Assembly (NCBI RefSeq): GCF_014280175.1
Contig: NZ_CP047931.1
Span: forward strand, 2,070,001 to 2,102,000
From: Synechococcus sp. A15-28
Lineage (GTDB): Bacteria > Cyanobacteriota > Cyanobacteriia > PCC-6307 > Cyanobiaceae
DNA length: 32,000 nucleotides
Direction: 5' to 3'
Shown here: positions 29,007 through 32,000 of the stretch, one piece after another
Layout of the letters: each line of letters opens with the position of its first letter
Numbering within the stretch: the stretch's first letter is position 1
Position numbers and translations under genes: made by a program
The notes under the pieces: generated by a model
Told to the model about the DNA's origin: nothing
What the model saw: the letters and a program-made list of their open reading frames with translations, nothing else
Databases searched by the model: none

Positions 29007-29996
29007 ATGGCCACTGCAGCAGAGATTTCATCAAACTTTCTCGCAGTCTACGAAGATTATTTGAAAGGAGAGGCATCTGCCAGAGATCTTCGTCCCTTTT
29101 TGGCCAAAGATGTCGTACTAGACAGGTCTGGTCAGGCCGGCCTGATTTCTTCAGTCGGCGGCGTCTTTGAGGGCCGATCAACAGTAATCAAAAACTTCAA
29201 ACGTTTGCGCCAACTGGTCTCTACTGAAGAGATGCCAGTTCATGACGTCCTGTCCAACAGTTTTGCTGTCAGTCCAACCTTTGAATTTACGCCTCAAACC
29301 GACAGAATTGCTGCGGCCACAGACCAGTTCTCAACTGTCAGAGAAAACGGCAAGTCGTTTCGTCTCGACCAAATTGCCTACATGACTGTTAATGCGAAGG
29401 ATCGAATCTCAGATCTTCGCTTCCACTACGACAGCTACCCCATGGCTGAAGCCATTGTTGGGGAGGACGATCAGATTCCCAACCCAAACATGGATGATGT
29501 GTTGGAGCCTGTCCGAGATCGTGACATCGATACTCAAACAGCATTCGGAATCGTTGGTAACTGGTTTGGCACCTTCGGAGGAATTCAAGGTAGCAAAACA
29601 GGAGACACATCTGGACTCACAGCTCTCGAGCCAGTAACCCAACCCGACGCGCTGATTAAATTCCAAGGCGATCCAGACCTTCTCCCCTTTGCCGACTCAG
29701 AGGTTCGCCAAGGAATCGACGCCTTTATTCAGACATTCGCAGATCAGTGGGAACACAGCTACGACCGTGAATTCGAAATCCAGGAGTACTTCTATGAGAA
29801 CGACAAAGTGATCGTGAATACACGCGAAAAGCGCATGGCCATTCCTTCGAATCGTCATTATGACGTCATGGTCTCTATCGTTCAAACTGCATCGTCTGAA
29901 AATGGAGGCCGCGTCAATTCCAATGAGGGAATTTTTGATACCATGATCACAGTGACCGCTTTCGAGGGAGAGTATCCCTTCGTTAATGCTTGCTAA
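29007..29996 (+). CDS. hypothetical protein B, putative tandem NTF2/SnoaL-like fold (329 aa), paralog of 27765..28904
   Basis: Long ORF with colinear shared motifs with protein A. Followed by an intrinsic terminator. Confidence 0.8.
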   Translation: MATAAEISSNFLAVYEDYLKGEASARDLRPFLAKDVVLDRSGQAGLISSVGGVFEGRSTVIKNFKRLRQLVSTEEMPVHDVLSNSFAVSPTFEFTPQTDRIAAATDQFSTVRENGKSFRLDQIAYMTVNAKDRISDLRFHYDSYPMAEAIVGEDDQIPNPNMDDVLEPVRDRDIDTQTAFGIVGNWFGTFGGIQGSKTGDTSGLTALEPVTQPDALIKFQGDPDLLPFADSEVRQGIDAFIQTFADQWEHSYDREFEIQEYFYENDKVIVNTREKRMAIPSNRHYDVMVSIVQTASSENGGRVNSNEGIFDTMITVTAFEGEYPFVNAC

Positions 29997-30045
29997 ATCA
30001 TCCGAGGAAAAGTTGAATCGCCACAGTCCTGTGGGATGAATCCAG

Positions 30046-30073
30046 AAGCCGACCTGAAAAGGCCGGCTTTTTT
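30046..30073 (+). terminator. rho-independent terminator after gene B
   Basis: AAGCCGACC-tgaaaa-GGCCGGCTT stem (9 positions, one A/C mismatch) running into TTTTTT, 50 nt after the stop at 29996. Confidence 0.6.
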
Positions 30074-30094
30074 GTGGGTTGCTCTACAAATCAA

Positions 30095-30122
30095 TTGCCA
30101 GGAGCTCAGAAATATTTAGAGT
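30095..30122 (+). promoter_or_regulatory. candidate sigma70-type promoter for the aldo/keto reductase
   Basis: TTGCCA (30095..30100), 16-nt spacer, TAGAGT (30117..30122), 24 nt upstream of ATG 30146. Sequence match only. Confidence 0.3.
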
Positions 30123-30145
30123 ATATATGTACGAATACGACTCAA

Positions 30146-31321
30146 ATGAAGTATCGCCTTCTCGGTAGGTCAGGACTACGCGTTTCCGAAATGTGCCTCG
30201 GGTGTGGCACGCTCGGGACCAATTGGGGAGATTTAGGGGCCAATCAAGAAGAGTCCAATAAGATCCTCGAAGGCTTCGCCAATGCAGGTGGAAACTATCT
30301 GGACACCTCAAACCGATATCAAGAATCGCAGTCAGAGCAGTGGGTCGGTGACTTCATTCAAAGAGAAAGAGATTTCTTTGTTGTCGGAACGAAATATTCC
30401 CTGGGTGATGGCGCAGCAGATTTCAATGGTGTTGGCAAGCCAACCAATCAAAAAGACCCGAACAACCGCGGTAATCACCGCAAAAACCTGAGGCGATCGG
30501 TGGAGGGCAGCTTGAAGCGCCTGAAAACTGATTACATCGACGTCCTTTGGCTTCACATCTGGGATTACACAACCCCATTTGATGAAATCGTCCTGAGTGT
30601 CAATGATCTCATCAAAGAAGGCAAAGTCCTCTATGCAGGCTTGTCCAGTGTGCCTGCGTGGCAGGTCTCACGCATGAACACCTATGCCGATTATCACGGT
30701 CTGCACCCGTTCATTGCACTACAAAATGAGTGGAGCCTGGTCGAGCGGTCGCACGAACCAGAATACCTGCCCATGTGCAAAGAACTCGACATTGGAATGA
30801 CCTGCTGGTCCCCACTTCACGGTGGACTTTTATCGGGTAAATACACCACCGATTCCGTGGATCCCTCAATTCCGAATCGAGTACTACCGCACGTCAAGGA
30901 CAGCAGTCAATTCTGGTACGAAGCAACCCAGAGGAACCTGGCCATCCTGAAAGAACTTCAACCCATCGTGGACGAAATTGGAGAGCCATGGACTGCATTT
31001 GCGCTGCGCTGGCTGATGCAACAAAAGGAGACCGTCACGATTCCGATTTTCTCAGTACGCACCGCTAAGCAACTCACTGATGCATTGCGAGCTACAGAAT
31101 TTGAACTCAGTGACGAACAAATGGCAAAAATCAATGCCATCTCATCACCTGCGATCACATCGCCGTACCCGGCCTTTGGCGCTTACCCATACACGATGCT
31201 TGAGTACGGAAGCCCAGCACTCCCCAACTTCTTCTCAAGGGCACTGCTTTATGGAGAGACCGAGGCAATGATTGAAAACCACCGTGTTCCTCATCCCTAT
31301 CAGTTTCAGATGGAGGGCTGA
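30146..31321 (+). CDS. aldo/keto reductase family oxidoreductase (391 aa, long form)
   Basis: MKYRLLGRSGLRVSEMCLGCGTLG N-terminus. Tetrad candidates D (YLDTS), Y (NRY), K (VGTKYS), H (VLWLHIWD). SLKRLKTDYIDVLWLH block. The track ORF starts at GTG 30074 inside the terminator T-tract, so ATG 30146 is preferred. Confidence 0.85.
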   Translation: MKYRLLGRSGLRVSEMCLGCGTLGTNWGDLGANQEESNKILEGFANAGGNYLDTSNRYQESQSEQWVGDFIQRERDFFVVGTKYSLGDGAADFNGVGKPTNQKDPNNRGNHRKNLRRSVEGSLKRLKTDYIDVLWLHIWDYTTPFDEIVLSVNDLIKEGKVLYAGLSSVPAWQVSRMNTYADYHGLHPFIALQNEWSLVERSHEPEYLPMCKELDIGMTCWSPLHGGLLSGKYTTDSVDPSIPNRVLPHVKDSSQFWYEATQRNLAILKELQPIVDEIGEPWTAFALRWLMQQKETVTIPIFSVRTAKQLTDALRATEFELSDEQMAKINAISSPAITSPYPAFGAYPYTMLEYGSPALPNFFSRALLYGETEAMIENHRVPHPYQFQMEG

Positions 31322-31389
31322 CCCGCCCAGCTGAATCCAGGACGTTTGTGGCGTTTTTCAGACTTTTTATCCTGCAGAGAAAAAAGCAG

Positions 31390-31395
31390 TAGAAT
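31390..31395 (+). promoter_or_regulatory. candidate -10 box TAGAAT upstream of the outer-membrane protein gene
   Basis: TAGAAT lies 20 nt upstream of ATG 31416. There is no convincing -35. Confidence 0.2.
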
Positions 31396-31415
31396 TCCTC
31401 AAATGCTTATTTTAG

Positions 31416-32000
31416 ATGAAGCGGACTTCAGCAATCATTGCATGTCTTGCGACGTTTGCTTCACCTGCTCTTGCAGGAGAAGAGTCGGAATCCACAAATT
31501 GGCTGCCTGGCTCTCAACCCGCTGAGGCAGTCATTGAGGACTCCGAGTCTGAAATCACACCAGAACAGATTGCTGATCGAATTAAAGAGCTCGAAATTGA
31601 GCTGATCAAATTAAAGAAAGCCGCAGGCGTTTACGGAAAAGGCAAAAAGATTGCTTTGCCCAAAAACGGAATTTACGTACAGGCCGATATCGGGATACAA
31701 CAGCGTGAATGGTCAGGGGAAAATGGCAATACTCAGTTGTTCTTCAACGAGGGCCTCTACGGTGGTCTAGCTGTTGGCTATCGCTACGACCGCAATTTCC
31801 GTTTCGCGTTTGAATACTCTGAAATGAATAATGATGTCAGCGATATGCGAGCAGGTAATGGTGGCCAACTCTTCCGAGATCCTAAAAATAAAGATGTCAT
31901 TCTTCAGGATGGATCGTCTAAAGTTTCCGGTAATGGTGATGTAAAACTGCAAAGCTACACACTAAATGCATATTATGATCTGAATGGGTTTGGTCATGAA
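31416..32000 (+). CDS. 5'-partial gene: secreted outer-membrane beta-barrel protein (OMP_b-brl/OmpA-like barrel type)
   Basis: Absent from the ORF track because it has no stop in the window. Hand translation from ATG 31416 is open for 195 codons to the window end. It gives MKRTSAIIACLATFASPALA|GEE (signal peptide), an acidic stretch, the coiled-coil-like EQIADRIKELEIELIKLKKAAG, then amphipathic strands YVQADIGI, GLAVGYRY, FRFAFEY and LQSYTLNAYYDL. Confidence 0.7.
   Translation, partial: MKRTSAIIACLATFASPALAGEESESTNWLPGSQPAEAVIEDSESEITPEQIADRIKELEIELIKLKKAAGVYGKGKKIALPKNGIYVQADIGIQQREWSGENGNTQLFFNEGLYGGLAVGYRYDRNFRFAFEYSEMNNDVSDMRAGNGGQLFRDPKNKDVILQDGSSKVSGNGDVKLQSYTLNAYYDLNGFGHE

Larger units (their letters stand above)
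27625..32000. other. low-GC accessory segment (putative genomic island; right end outside the window)
   Basis: Abrupt compositional shift read directly. Hand counts: ~65% GC for core line 20641..20700, ~34% for 27621..27706, ~30% for the 28921..28980 spacer, and ~52-57% for two island coding lines. All four island genes are on the + strand. Confidence 0.7.

Noticed and set aside
30074-30145. GTG-initiated 24-codon extension of the aldo/keto reductase.
   Set aside because: The GTG lies within the terminator T-tract. The candidate promoter falls inside the extension, and the AKR family N-terminus (MKYRLLG) starts at ATG 30146.
31403-31534. Cys-rich 43-codon ORF (MLILDEADFSNHCMSCDVCFTCSC...) that looks superficially like a RiPP precursor.
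   Set aside because: It overlaps, out of frame, the signal-peptide region of the much longer and better-supported OMP gene. It is most likely a frame artefact.
1-32000. Looked for CRISPR arrays, tRNA/rRNA genes, IS elements, integrases and long direct or inverted repeats.
   Set aside because: No regularly spaced repeats and no tRNA T-arm-like GGTTCGAATCC motifs in the gaps. Nearly all intergenic spacers are under 110 nt, and no transposase- or integrase-like ORFs appear on either strand.

Overview
The window reads as a high-GC picocyanobacterial chromosome (marine Synechococcus/Cyanobium type). This is inferred from gene content: the NDH-1 genes ndhA-I-G-E and ndhH, chlM, and the phylloquinone men genes. 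Positions 1 to about 27,620 are densely packed, mostly recognisable housekeeping genes. They include a LuxR-type regulator, a CYTH protein, NAD kinase, ndhE/G/I/A, citrate synthase, hrcA, trpB, cysC, purE, nagA, chlM, a response regulator, cysteine desulfurase, rsmH and ndhH. They also include a translationally coupled menA-menC-menE chain, with menF divergent from it. The long antisense ORFs in this part are typical high-GC artefacts. At about 27,625, inside the last ~27 codons of menF, base composition drops sharply. My hand counts give about 65% GC for one core 60-nt line, about 34% for the menF tail and about 50% in island coding lines. A low-GC accessory segment then runs to the window end. 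It carries four same-strand genes. Two are clearly paralogous proteins of unknown function (379 and 329 aa), each looking like a tandem duplication of an NTF2/SnoaL-like alpha+beta fold. After an intrinsic terminator comes an unusually long aldo/keto reductase with an intact catalytic tetrad. The fourth is a 5'-partial, signal-peptide-bearing outer-membrane beta-barrel gene that the ORF track does not list because it runs off the window. This island is the best candidate for something undescribed. No integrase, transposase, tRNA, CRISPR array or rRNA is visible in the window. Secondary observations: a TM2-domain gene and a 60-aa membrane ORF are coupled to the end of the men operon. The cysteine desulfurase has its conserved N-terminus upstream of any canonical start codon, behind an in-frame TGA. 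There is a 14-bp perfect palindrome in a divergent promoter gap. Two divergent gene pairs have almost no intergenic space.
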